DNA from: a virus | Reading direction: 5' to 3' (one strand) | DNA: 64,000 bases | IMG/VR virus record: IMGVR_UViG_3300011443_000002 | Location: 3,316-67,315 of that record | Part shown: positions 33,845-43,058 of the stretch, in pieces | How positions within the stretch are numbered: position 1 is the stretch's first letter | Layout: each line of letters begins with the position of its first letter | The notes under the pieces: model-generated | Told to the model about the DNA's origin: nothing | The model's database searches: none | What the model saw: the letters and a program-made list of their open reading frames with translations, nothing else | Translations under genes and position numbers: made by a program

Positions 33845-36772
33845 GTGGCTGAGACATACACCGTCGTTCTTACTGTCGATAGTATTGAACGTAATTGGCA
33901 GCCGACCACACTTAACCTTGAGAAAATCGGACTTGGCCGAACCGTCCTGAGGTTCGTGATCAATTCGGTTGTGGCTGGAGTTTCGTTTCCACGTGCCATC
34001 AAACGTGACCGCGTGATCCTTACGGTCAACGGTATCGAAGTATTTGATGGCATCATTTGGGCTGTTAACGAGACACGCATCTTCGAGAAGGTCGGTATTC
34101 TCCAGACGTGTGAGTGTGTGGACTTCGGTAAGCTGTCGGAGAAGGTTCTAATCAACGAGCCTCATGCCAGCAGTTCTCTGGAAGACGCTCTTACTCATGC
34201 TGTCGCCAATCTCCTGCCTCACACAATTGTTCCAGGCACGATGGCACCTTCCGGTGTCACCTTGCCTGACATGGCATGGGAATGGCTGACGATTCGTCAG
34301 ACGATCGAACTTCTCGCGTCCCTCAGTGGGTGGTTGCCAGAGTGGGACGGAAACGAAGTTATCTTCGTGGAGCCTGGAGCCACGGCTGCACCGTTTGATA
34401 TTGACGACGTTGAACCTAATTGGGTGTCGCTCAGCAAAGGTTCAACGCTCGAGGAGTATTGGAACGAAGTGTGGGGACGCTATGGTCCTCGCGGTCAGCT
34501 TCTTATCACACAGAGAATCACAGGCGATGGCGTAACAACGGAATGGCCGCTTGACGAAGCTCTAATCGTTGTCGGTGGTCAGGTGACTCCATCTGGTCTT
34601 GTGACTGTGACACGAAGCGGACCTTCTGAATCGCAGGAGACGACGGACGCTGTTGGTTATCCCGGATATGGACCGGGACAGTGGCACTATGATCCGAGGA
34701 ATTTGAACGACAACGTCATCATCCAGAACACTGGAGCCAGCACGATTCTCGGTGTTGGCGAGACGATGGACATTCAGTTCACTGCCTCGTTTCCTGGTGC
34801 TGTGTTCGCGCGCGAAGATACCGAATACGCAACCTTCGGTCCATTCACAGCACGTATTGACAATCCTAACATCACCAATAGAACCGAAGCACAGGCATGG
34901 GTCGATGCCAAACTTCAGGAGCTTGTGGGATCGCAGGAGAAGGTCATCGTCAAGACCAGAACGTATGGTCTCGAGCCGTTCCAGTCTCTTACCATCAACG
35001 TCGATGACTTTGAGATTGATGGCGACTATCTAATTCTCAAAACGCAGATGGCCCATGTCAGCAAGACGTCCAGTGGACGACACTTGTTTGATTGGACTAT
35101 TGAGTGCGTGCTCGGGAACCAGTATCGCGCAAATTGGGAACGCTTCTTCCGGCCAAATGCTGGCGTCCAGGGGACAGGTGGAGCCGCGATCTATACGCCG
35201 ATTCCGCTTGGAGGATGTGCAGCATCCACAGGCATCGTGCTATTCTCGGACAATTGGAATTCTGCCTCGACTCCTTACGAGAATTGGCCTGACAACGATG
35301 AAGGCGGAGGAGTGCCAGCAGCCGCTGACGATCTCGAGATCGCTGGTGGAGCCATTCGACTTGTCGGTAACGGCTTCTTGGCTGCTAACCATATCGGTAA
35401 GAGCTTTGAAGTTCAGTTCTTTGAAGGCTGTGTCGAATTCACTTACATGTCTGCCACAGGCTTGAGCACGTCCTCAACGACGGAGCTTGTGGAACTTGGT
35501 AGTCCAGATCCGCCTAACATCTATGTTGGTCCGTTCATCACGATTGGCCACGTCCACAATGGCGTGACTGACGAGCGGATGAGCATCATTTACGAAACAA
35601 ACTTCGGAGTTATTACCGCGTTCAACAGTGCAGCAGGCTTCATTAGCACGTCTGTCGCTGATCTTTACAGGCTGGAATTCAAGCTCAGTTACTCTAATGT
35701 TGGGTATCTGCGGTTGTATAAGAACAACGTCCTTGCTTTTGATTCCGGTGCGACACTCGATTGGCCTGGAAGTCTTGTGGCCAATGGCGGATTCCGTGCA
35801 GTGCGAGTGGCTCCGAAAGGCACGCTGGACAGCTTTGTTCTGCGTGTGCTGGACGCTACAGCCATCCCGAGTGCCAGCGTTTCACCGAGCAGCAGTGCAT
35901 CGCTGAGTGTGTCTCCGTCGTCTAGCATGAGTCCTAGTCCGTCGCCTGGTAACAGTTCAAGCGTCAGCCCTTCGGCATCTAGCAGCGTCAGTCCGTCCAG
36001 CAGCGAGAGCCGGAGTGCAAGTGCCAGCACCAGTCCATCGTCTTCCGTAAGTCCATCGTCGTCTGTTTCTCGCAGTGCAAGTTCCAGTGCGAGCCGTAGT
36101 CCGTCGCCTTCGAGCAGCCAGAGTCCAAGTCCGTCTCCGACACCGTCTCCGTCGGTCAGTCCGAGTGCTGGTGCAGGCTTCCCGGAAGTGCTTGGCATCG
36201 TCACTGGCAATCAGGCAGCAGCCACGTCGCACGCGATCAATCTTCCTGCTCACAACGCTGGTGATCTTCTGGCAGTGTTCTTCTCTTGTGGCACTGCGAC
36301 TGTTTCAATTGACACTGGTGCCTCTACTTCTGGATGGACTGTTAGAGGAGATCAGGCAGGCAGTTCAGGATCGGGTCGTGGTGTCATCTTGGAGAAGGTC
36401 GCTGACGACGGCTCAACGACACTGACGCTCACTACAAGTTCTTCGGTGGCATCGTCACACATTTCCATGCGGTCGAACGGCAGTGGTATCGACTGCACGG
36501 GCATCGGTTCAACTAGCAGAGATTGTCCTAATCATACTCCTGCAGGCGGGACGCAGGACTATCGCTGGCTCGCTGTTGATATGTGTGGTGCAGGTAACTT
36601 CCCGATGACATCAGCACCAACAAACTACGATGATCTTCGCTCGGTGGCTACGGGCACTCGGCCGAGCGTGTCGATTGCCGAGCGAGAGCTCAATGCTTCA
36701 TCTGAAAATCCAGGAACATACGGCGGATCTTTTGTAAATCGCACCACCTTCACAGCAGCCATCGCTCCATGA
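33845..36772 (+). CDS. Tail tip/hub protein with lectin-like middle, Ser/Pro tract and C-terminal beta domain
   Basis: Follows TMP; hub-like N-terminal ~430 aa; SPSSS repeats at residues ~675-775. Confidence 0.8.
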   Translation: MAETYTVVLTVDSIERNWQPTTLNLEKIGLGRTVLRFVINSVVAGVSFPRAIKRDRVILTVNGIEVFDGIIWAVNETRIFEKVGILQTCECVDFGKLSEKVLINEPHASSSLEDALTHAVANLLPHTIVPGTMAPSGVTLPDMAWEWLTIRQTIELLASLSGWLPEWDGNEVIFVEPGATAAPFDIDDVEPNWVSLSKGSTLEEYWNEVWGRYGPRGQLLITQRITGDGVTTEWPLDEALIVVGGQVTPSGLVTVTRSGPSESQETTDAVGYPGYGPGQWHYDPRNLNDNVIIQNTGASTILGVGETMDIQFTASFPGAVFAREDTEYATFGPFTARIDNPNITNRTEAQAWVDAKLQELVGSQEKVIVKTRTYGLEPFQSLTINVDDFEIDGDYLILKTQMAHVSKTSSGRHLFDWTIECVLGNQYRANWERFFRPNAGVQGTGGAAIYTPIPLGGCAASTGIVLFSDNWNSASTPYENWPDNDEGGGVPAAADDLEIAGGAIRLVGNGFLAANHIGKSFEVQFFEGCVEFTYMSATGLSTSSTTELVELGSPDPPNIYVGPFITIGHVHNGVTDERMSIIYETNFGVITAFNSAAGFISTSVADLYRLEFKLSYSNVGYLRLYKNNVLAFDSGATLDWPGSLVANGGFRAVRVAPKGTLDSFVLRVLDATAIPSASVSPSSSASLSVSPSSSMSPSPSPGNSSSVSPSASSSVSPSSSESRSASASTSPSSSVSPSSSVSRSASSSASRSPSPSSSQSPSPSPTPSPSVSPSAGAGFPEVLGIVTGNQAAATSHAINLPAHNAGDLLAVFFSCGTATVSIDTGASTSGWTVRGDQAGSSGSGRGVILEKVADDGSTTLTLTTSSSVASSHISMRSNGSGIDCTGIGSTSRDCPNHTPAGGTQDYRWLAVDMCGAGNFPMTSAPTNYDDLRSVATGTRPSVSIAERELNASSENPGTYGGSFVNRTTFTAAIAP
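35867..36169 (+). repeat. ~100-aa Ser/Pro low-complexity tract
   Basis: [27 protein letters not shown]... Confidence 0.95.
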
Positions 36773-37056
36773 CAATAGATCCTTTCGCTCTATACGATTG
36801 GATTCTGAAGGGCGGACTCGGTGCCGCTGTCGGCGCATTCATCTTCCTGTTGTATACGCGCAAGCTCCGATGGAGTGCTGAGTTAGACGACATTAGAGCC
36901 GCTCACAAAGTCGTGGTAGACATCCTAACGGCAAGAATCGTGGAACTGACCGAGGAGAGGAACGAGTATAAGAAGTTGGTCATCAGCAGCCAGCAAATGG
37001 CATCGAAGTCTGTTGACCTTGCATCTGAGATTAAAGTCACAGCGAGAGAAAGATAA
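36769..37056 (+). CDS. Holin-like or i-spanin-like protein (1 TM plus coiled coil)
   Basis: N-terminal TM WILKGGLGAAVGAFIFLLY; helical C-terminus; lysis region. Confidence 0.55.
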   Translation: MTIDPFALYDWILKGGLGAAVGAFIFLLYTRKLRWSAELDDIRAAHKVVVDILTARIVELTEERNEYKKLVISSQQMASKSVDLASEIKVTARER

Positions 37057-37271
37057 TGTGGAGTGCATTCATGCGCGTGATCGCCAAACTTCTGTGCAGC
37101 CATCTGCCAAAGGAAAAACCGGAAGTTCCTCCACTGCCAAGTCCAACTCATGACTATGTGGAGCTTCAAGTTCTCCAGTCGTTTGATCGGGAACTACAGG
37201 CACGTTTTCGCTCTCTTGAAGTTGATGCGGATGTGATCATCCGTCGGCGCACAAGATCAGCAGGTCGGTAA
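37056..37271 (+). CDS. Hypothetical protein
   Basis: TAATG coupling. Confidence 0.65.
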   Translation: MWSAFMRVIAKLLCSHLPKEKPEVPPLPSPTHDYVELQVLQSFDRELQARFRSLEVDADVIIRRRTRSAGR

Positions 37272-37277
37272 GAAATC

Positions 37278-37775
37278 ATGATGGAATCTGTTGTTCCCTT
37301 CTTGCAACACGCATACTGGATTGAACTTTTCCAGCTTGTTGCGGCTCTAATCGGCACCTTCGCAAATGTGTGGGGAGTGCTTGACTCGTGGAAGGATCTC
37401 AAGTTCGTTGTTCAGAACAGGGTCAACGGTCGCAGACTTTTCGCGGCCAAGCGTAACTTGTTTGAAGAGTCGATTCGCCTGGTGATTCATGGGCTGTTTC
37501 TAATAAACGGCATTGTGAGCATCCTCTACGCTCCGCCTGCACCGGGCATGACAATTCCCGATGACCGTTACGTGCAATTGATGGTCGCTCGAGCCGTCAT
37601 GACCATTGCCTCTGTGCTTCTTACTATCAAGTCTGTTCGTGACATTCAAGATCGGCAGCGTCTCCGGCACATGTTTGATCACGAGCATGTGACGCCAGTC
37701 GTGTTAGATGTGATTAAGAACAAGGCAGAAGACATCGTTCAGGTGATCCAGGAAACCCGCGATTCAAGGAGTTAG
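37278..37775 (+). CDS. Three-TM membrane protein (holin candidate)
   Basis: Three hydrophobic segments. Confidence 0.65.
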   Translation: MMESVVPFLQHAYWIELFQLVAALIGTFANVWGVLDSWKDLKFVVQNRVNGRRLFAAKRNLFEESIRLVIHGLFLINGIVSILYAPPAPGMTIPDDRYVQLMVARAVMTIASVLLTIKSVRDIQDRQRLRHMFDHEHVTPVVLDVIKNKAEDIVQVIQETRDSRS

Positions 37776-37777
37776 AA

Positions 37778-38251
37778 GTGACTAAGAAGATTGTGCTTGC
37801 TTTCGTTGTGTTGGTCCTGTATGGTCGGCCAGCATTCGCGCAGACTGGTGCCTGTCCATCTGCGATGACGCTTACTGTGAATCCAACTTGGGTGTGCTTC
37901 ATGCCTGATCTGGATCCCACATCAGGACACAACGCAACGGATCCGCTGACTGGCCAGCCTGTTGTTACTCGATATGATCTGCTGTTCTTTGCTCCTGGCG
38001 TGGACTCTGCGACTGGTGCACCAATCCAGACGATCAGCATGGGAAAGCCTACGCTCAACGCTCAGAATGCTGTGTGGCTTCAGCGTGGAGAGCTTGCAGC
38101 AATTCCTGTCGGACAGCAGTATCGTGCTCGTGTCGTGGCTGTTGGTCCCGCTGGAACGTCGCCGAGGTCGGCGGAGTCTAACCCTTTTGGGCGGTCGAGC
38201 CTTCCATTGCCTCGTGCACCGGCACGAGTGTCGGTAACTCCGGAACCATAA
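37778..38251 (+). CDS. Secreted FN3/Ig-like protein (short form)
   Basis: Sec signal MTKKIVLAFVVLVLYGRPAFA-Q; YRARVVAVGPAGTS FN3-like strand. Confidence 0.75.
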   Translation: MTKKIVLAFVVLVLYGRPAFAQTGACPSAMTLTVNPTWVCFMPDLDPTSGHNATDPLTGQPVVTRYDLLFFAPGVDSATGAPIQTISMGKPTLNAQNAVWLQRGELAAIPVGQQYRARVVAVGPAGTSPRSAESNPFGRSSLPLPRAPARVSVTPEP

Positions 38252-38583
38252 TCGGGATTGGCGAAGGAAACATCGGCAGTCCATTTGGCGGCTCGAGACA
38301 GTGGTTCGCGTTTCTTACTTTGACGAACATGCAGGACGCACCTCAGACAGCAACGGTGATCATCAATGTTGATGGCGTGAGCACTCCGGTGCAGTTCACG
38401 CGAACGCTTGGTGCTTGCCAGTCTCTTGCTGTTGGCGTCCATGCGATTCCGGGCATGCCTCCGAATGCAAACTTCCGGACACAAGTCGGATGGCCTGGAC
38501 TCGGGAGTGCTGGTCTGATCATGCGTCCGCATGATGATTTCGGCAGTGTTGTCGTAATGCCTCCGACGTCGGTGTTGCGATGA
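38182..38583 (+). CDS. -1 frameshift extension of the 37778 protein (heptamer C CCT TTT, 38182-88)
   Basis: Frame opens right after TAA 38179-81; no start codon until TTG 38320; ATGA-coupled to the endolysin. Confidence 0.65.
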   Translation, partial: PFWAVEPSIASCTGTSVGNSGTIIGIGEGNIGSPFGGSRQWFAFLTLTNMQDAPQTATVIINVDGVSTPVQFTRTLGACQSLAVGVHAIPGMPPNANFRTQVGWPGLGSAGLIMRPHDDFGSVVVMPPTSVLR

Positions 38584-39122
38584 ACAAGGACGAGAAGGCT
38601 TTCGTTGAAGAGACGCTCCGCCGTGAAGGATGGCCGAAGGTCACTAATCGGCCATCCGATCGCGGAGGTCTTACTAAGGGCGGAATTACTCGAGCCGCAC
38701 TCGAGGAGTTTCGCAAGCGTAAGGTAACGGACGACGAGATCCGGAACCTTACATTAGAAGAGGCTGCTGCCATCTTCTCGTTCCAATATCTGAAACCATA
38801 CATGTGGATTCCAGATACGTCTATCCGAACCTTCTGTGCTGACTTTGCCGTGATGGCCTGGCACGATGATGTGGCGAAGATGCTCCAGACTGCCGCCGGT
38901 GTCACGGTAGACGGTGTCGTCGGAAGCATCACAAAAGAGAAGGTTCTGCTGCTGATCCGCCTTGATCGTGGCGTGTTCTTCAACAAGTTGTTTGACTACC
39001 GCTTGAAGGATCACGTGAAGAACGCTTACGATCCGGATGTTAGACAGTTCCTTGAGACGCATCCATCAACACAACTGAAGAATCTCGCTGGCTGGCTCAA
39101 TCGCATGGCGGAGTGGGTGTAA
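38580..39122 (+). CDS. Endolysin, glycosyl hydrolase 108 family
   Basis: EGWPKVTNRPSDRGGLTKGGIT, then VTVDGVVGSIT peptidoglycan-binding-like motif. Confidence 0.9.
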   Translation: MNKDEKAFVEETLRREGWPKVTNRPSDRGGLTKGGITRAALEEFRKRKVTDDEIRNLTLEEAAAIFSFQYLKPYMWIPDTSIRTFCADFAVMAWHDDVAKMLQTAAGVTVDGVVGSITKEKVLLLIRLDRGVFFNKLFDYRLKDHVKNAYDPDVRQFLETHPSTQLKNLAGWLNRMAEWV

Positions 39123-41032
39123 TGGATAAGATCAAACTCGGTGCTGGTGTTTTTCCGTCCATCACTTTCAACTCCGCGATCAATCGCGTGCAAGTTGCTT
39201 GGCAGGATGGATCGTCTATCGTTCTTACGACGATCCATCCTGACACGCTGGCCAGAGAAGGTGATGACATCGAGTTTATCGGTGGTGGAGCCGGAGCATA
39301 TCCGGAAGTGTATGCTCACGTCTCCGCTCTCTATCTGGCCTACAGAGATGGCGCAGATCCCTTCTTCGGAAGGTTCGGCGTTCACAATAGGACGCCAGAG
39401 GCTCTCGGCCAGATCCACGGCTCGAGACCTTCGGTGCTCGGAGAAGGCAAGTTGGCATACATCTCTGGACCAGCAGCCGAAGGTTATCCAGTCCGCATGA
39501 AAGACGTGACGGCTCTCGGAGCAGGCACGATCGTGCGTCATGCGGCTGGCACCGGACTGTCTCGGATCACTGGTGGACACGTCGTCACGATTGACGAAGA
39601 CCGCTCCTCCGTGGCCGGAATTTCAGATCCCTCGTTTGCTGGCGACGCTGTTGTCGGCACCACGGATCACCAGGGAAAGCCTACACTGAAGGCTCTGCGT
39701 GGAGACCAGCAGTGTTTCATCGGACACGGTGAGGACAGTCAGAATCCTCGCATGTGCACCGATGGAAAGCGTTTCTTCATCGTTGCGTGGGGAGCCACAG
39801 GTGAGGGAGTCCGCTTGTGGCGAGTGCTGCCTGAAGATTTCTCCAATGTTACGAACAGTCCATTCGGTGTTCCGGTAGACACCGGAAAGGCTCTCGGATA
39901 TTTCTTCGGACGTCGGAGCAAATACGGACAGTTTGATCTCGCTGATAACTGTGCGATCCTGCCTCTGGACGCATGGCAGGACAGCGATGGATCGCTGCCT
40001 CCTGATGTTGGCGATCAGATCCGACAGAGCATCCTAGACTCTGGCAGAGCCATCGTCTCCAACACAGCGATCCATCATGCGGCTCCCGAGTGGGCCAGAG
40101 TGATCGGCGTGTTCGCTGGTCGTCAAGAAGGAAACGTCTGGGTCCATGAACCAACAACACGTGCCGAAGCGGATCAACTGGTCAAGGAGACAAGGCAGCA
40201 GATCAAAGACGCTGGTCTGCCTGCACGTCCGGTGATCGTGATCTTGCGTGAGGAGCGTTCCACGGATCCTCAGTTCATTGGCGTGTCGGAAGCTCTCGCT
40301 CCTGAGATCTATTTCACAGAGCCTGAGTCTTCTTATGACCAGCAATTGAACGTCGCTCGAGCACGTATCGCGGACGTGTGCCGAGCCTTCTCGCCGCTGC
40401 CGCTCTACTTGTGTGTGCAGGCATTTGATCGTGCGAAGACTTCGTGGAAGAACAATCCTGCCGCATTAGAAGCAATCCAGCAGGCTGCAAACGAGTCTAT
40501 CACGCAGGGACAGATCAAAGGTTTGATGTGGTTTGCCTTTGCGCGTCCCGGTGGAGTGCTGTCTTATCCTCAGTTGGAACCGTGGCATGTGGCACAGATC
40601 GCTGTGACCCCAAGTCCATCAACGATCGTTGACCCTACGGAGCCTGTAGATCCAGATCCGCCATCGCCATCACATCCGGAGGAAGACGTGAACGAAGCAG
40701 AAGTCCGTTCAGAAGTTTCGGGAGAGATCCATTCGTCCCGAGTGCCACGAGACATCGCACAAGGCGCGATGATCCGATTCAATCACGAAGTCGTGTGGGA
40801 TCGTGATCGTGTCGGCGAAGACAACATCAGCGGAGGTGCGCAGTATATCTATTTCTGGCCAGCATACTACGCTGAGATCGGTGCTCGTCTTGCGAAGGCT
40901 GGTCCGCCACAGGGATCCCCTGAGCAGGTTTACGCCACATGGGGCGATTGGTCTTACCAGGGATTCAAGGCTGCTGCGAACTTCTATTGGAGTGAGCAGG
41001 GAGTCCCGCCGGGAAAAACCCAGACCCTGTAG
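39122..41032 (+). CDS. Multidomain protein: beta-propeller-like, TIM-barrel/GH-like, Pro linker (short form, 636 aa)
   Basis: TAATG coupling; propeller-like repeats; TPSPSTIVDPTEPVDPDPPSPS linker. Confidence 0.75.
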   Translation: MDKIKLGAGVFPSITFNSAINRVQVAWQDGSSIVLTTIHPDTLAREGDDIEFIGGGAGAYPEVYAHVSALYLAYRDGADPFFGRFGVHNRTPEALGQIHGSRPSVLGEGKLAYISGPAAEGYPVRMKDVTALGAGTIVRHAAGTGLSRITGGHVVTIDEDRSSVAGISDPSFAGDAVVGTTDHQGKPTLKALRGDQQCFIGHGEDSQNPRMCTDGKRFFIVAWGATGEGVRLWRVLPEDFSNVTNSPFGVPVDTGKALGYFFGRRSKYGQFDLADNCAILPLDAWQDSDGSLPPDVGDQIRQSILDSGRAIVSNTAIHHAAPEWARVIGVFAGRQEGNVWVHEPTTRAEADQLVKETRQQIKDAGLPARPVIVILREERSTDPQFIGVSEALAPEIYFTEPESSYDQQLNVARARIADVCRAFSPLPLYLCVQAFDRAKTSWKNNPAALEAIQQAANESITQGQIKGLMWFAFARPGGVLSYPQLEPWHVAQIAVTPSPSTIVDPTEPVDPDPPSPSHPEEDVNEAEVRSEVSGEIHSSRVPRDIAQGAMIRFNHEVVWDRDRVGEDNISGGAQYIYFWPAYYAEIGARLAKAGPPQGSPEQVYATWGDWSYQGFKAAANFYWSEQGVPPGKTQTL

Positions 41033-41057
41033 AGCCGGGAGTCCCATCTACTGGGTC
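41011..41057 (+). promoter_or_regulatory. -1 frameshift signal G GGA AAA plus downstream stem-loop
   Basis: Heptamer 41011-17, 5-nt spacer, GACCC-T-GTAGA...TCTAC-T-GGGTC hairpin 41023-57. Confidence 0.8.
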
Positions 41058-42192
41058 ACGGATTGTTGGCTCTGCTCATCCGCAAGATGAAGCATGGGCT
41101 GACGATCGGGACTACATCTCTCCGCTGTCCATCTCGATGCTCTATGCATCCATGGATGGAATTGATCCACGGCATTTGATGGACCAGTGGATGAAACTCG
41201 GTGGAGAGGCTGGACGCTGGATGTCTGGTCGTCTTACGCAGAGTGCCAGCCGCTCAGGCCAAACTCCTGAAGCGGCTGTGGAGCGATATCCAGTCGTGGC
41301 TGGATACTTGCGTGAGCGTTCGCTTCGTGGCCACTCCGTTATCTTCACGGATACGGCAGTGGAATTCGATTTCATGAATCACCTGAGAGCCATCGTGCAG
41401 GCTGCACTTGCAGCCGGTATTGTGGACATCCTCGAGTGCATCAACGAGATTGGCCACAGTTCGCAGAAGCAATTCAGTTGGAGCGAGATTGGTCAGTTTC
41501 TCCAGCAGATTCGGAGCCTCGGTTGGACTCGTGCGCTGACGGCTGGTGCATGGCTCCAGGCAGACGAATTGGTCAACGGAAAATATCCACCAGCCGACTA
41601 CAGAGAAGCAAACGTCTGCGACACACATGGCGCAAGAGGGAATGAGCCTGCATGGGACAACGCGAATCATCTCTTCGCAGAACTTCGCGTGATTCGCAAC
41701 ACGTATCCATGGACTTCCAGACTGTCAGGTGAGCCACAGCGGACGGATGATAACATCATGCCTGCCTCTGTGTTTCCTTACCTGCTCGGTGTGGACGGCC
41801 AGGGATTCAATACGTGGAGCACGCTGCACTGCTCACAGGCTCGAGACTGCCAGATGTTGACAGGCAGTCAGTTGGAAGACGCCAAGCTCTTTCTTCGTGG
41901 CGGTAAGATCCTCCCTCGTGGTCGTTACCACTATGAGAATGCAGACAACACAGGATCGTGGCCTGACAGTCCTGTGGGAAATGCAGCGTTCGTTGAAGGG
42001 CCAGCGTCAAACGGAGACAAGACCGTTTGGCGTGCGCACTCGTTCCGACATCACGGTGGACAGTGGTTCCTCGTGATGAGTGGTCCGGACATCACGCGTC
42101 CGGGATTGGTGCTCCAGAATGGTTTCGTGCTGGATCAGAAGATTGATCAGGTGAGCCAGCACGTTTCTGTTCATACGTTGAAACAGGGATAA
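41017..42192 (+). CDS. Glycoside-hydrolase-like TIM barrel, -1 frameshift extension of the 39122 protein
   Basis: Frame open from the slip site (NPDPVEPGVPSTGSRIVG...AWADDRDYISPLSISM) into ORF 41137; ECINE and SGEP clan-A-like Glu motifs. Confidence 0.75.
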   Translation, partial: NPDPVEPGVPSTGSRIVGSAHPQDEAWADDRDYISPLSISMLYASMDGIDPRHLMDQWMKLGGEAGRWMSGRLTQSASRSGQTPEAAVERYPVVAGYLRERSLRGHSVIFTDTAVEFDFMNHLRAIVQAALAAGIVDILECINEIGHSSQKQFSWSEIGQFLQQIRSLGWTRALTAGAWLQADELVNGKYPPADYREANVCDTHGARGNEPAWDNANHLFAELRVIRNTYPWTSRLSGEPQRTDDNIMPASVFPYLLGVDGQGFNTWSTLHCSQARDCQMLTGSQLEDAKLFLRGGKILPRGRYHYENADNTGSWPDSPVGNAAFVEGPASNGDKTVWRAHSFRHHGGQWFLVMSGPDITRPGLVLQNGFVLDQKIDQVSQHVSVHTLKQG

Positions 42193-42204
42193 GGAGAAGT
42201 TCAC

Positions 42205-43047
42205 ATGTTCCAGTTGACCGCAGAAGAATTGGCAGGCATCGTTGCTGTCGTCGTTGGCTTCACAGAGTTTGTCAAACTCTCGAAGTTCGTTGACGAAAAG
42301 TATGGGATGCTCATCGCTGCACTCGTGAGTGCTATCGGCATCGCTGCTTACGCTACGTCCAAGCCAGAACTGGCGTTCAATCGCTTCATGATCTGGCCAT
42401 TCGTTTCCGCTTTCCTCGTTGTCTTGACTGCTGCTGGTGGCGTCTACGGGATCATCCGCTCGACTCGTGGTGCGGATGCCATGGACGCATCTGGCCCACG
42501 AAACGAGCCTCGTGTGCCAATGTGGCTGATCGCTGTTCTTGGCAGCAGCCTGCTGCTCTCAGGCTGTGCAGGCAAGAAACCTGCTGTCCTCGTGGGTCAG
42601 GCCGGTGTTGTGGCTGTGGATTCGATCTATCAGATTCACACAGCCGTTGTTGCGCTGAACCTTCCACGTGAGAAAGAGCTTGCTGTTCAGAAGGCTCTGT
42701 TCAAGGCCAACGAAGCTCTGGCTCCGCTGCCAGGACTGGTGATCGCGATCGACAACGCAACGAAGGCCGGTGAGCAGGCAACAAACGAAGTGGACAAGGC
42801 TCTGGCGTATCTTGCCGAAGGTGCCAAGTTCGTGGAGTCCGTCAGAGGTGATCTCAACGCTGTGCCAACAGCAGCGGCTGTGATCAAGCTGGTGATTCAG
42901 GTGCAGCAGGCGATCACAGCCGCTCAGACTGCGATCGAGCGTGTGAGAGCACCAGTGCCACAGGCACAGCAGATCCGAAATTCTCTGGATGCTGTCGCAC
43001 GTGTGCATTACCTGACGCGTGGATCGAATCTCGTGTTGGCGAACTAA
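42205..43047 (+). CDS. Holin-like three-TM domain fused to an internal lipoprotein signal and helical domain
   Basis: AAGGAG SD; three TMs, then MWLIAVLGSSLLLSG-C lipobox (Cys codon 42565). Confidence 0.75.
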   Translation: MFQLTAEELAGIVAVVVGFTEFVKLSKFVDEKYGMLIAALVSAIGIAAYATSKPELAFNRFMIWPFVSAFLVVLTAAGGVYGIIRSTRGADAMDASGPRNEPRVPMWLIAVLGSSLLLSGCAGKKPAVLVGQAGVVAVDSIYQIHTAVVALNLPREKELAVQKALFKANEALAPLPGLVIAIDNATKAGEQATNEVDKALAYLAEGAKFVESVRGDLNAVPTAAAVIKLVIQVQQAITAAQTAIERVRAPVPQAQQIRNSLDAVARVHYLTRGSNLVLAN

Positions 43048-43058
43048 CGGAGGCAAAC

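Noticed and set aside
37105-37125. A-rich run AAAGGAAAAA as a frameshift site
   Set aside because: Not an in-frame X XXY YYZ heptamer and no startless downstream ORF to explain.
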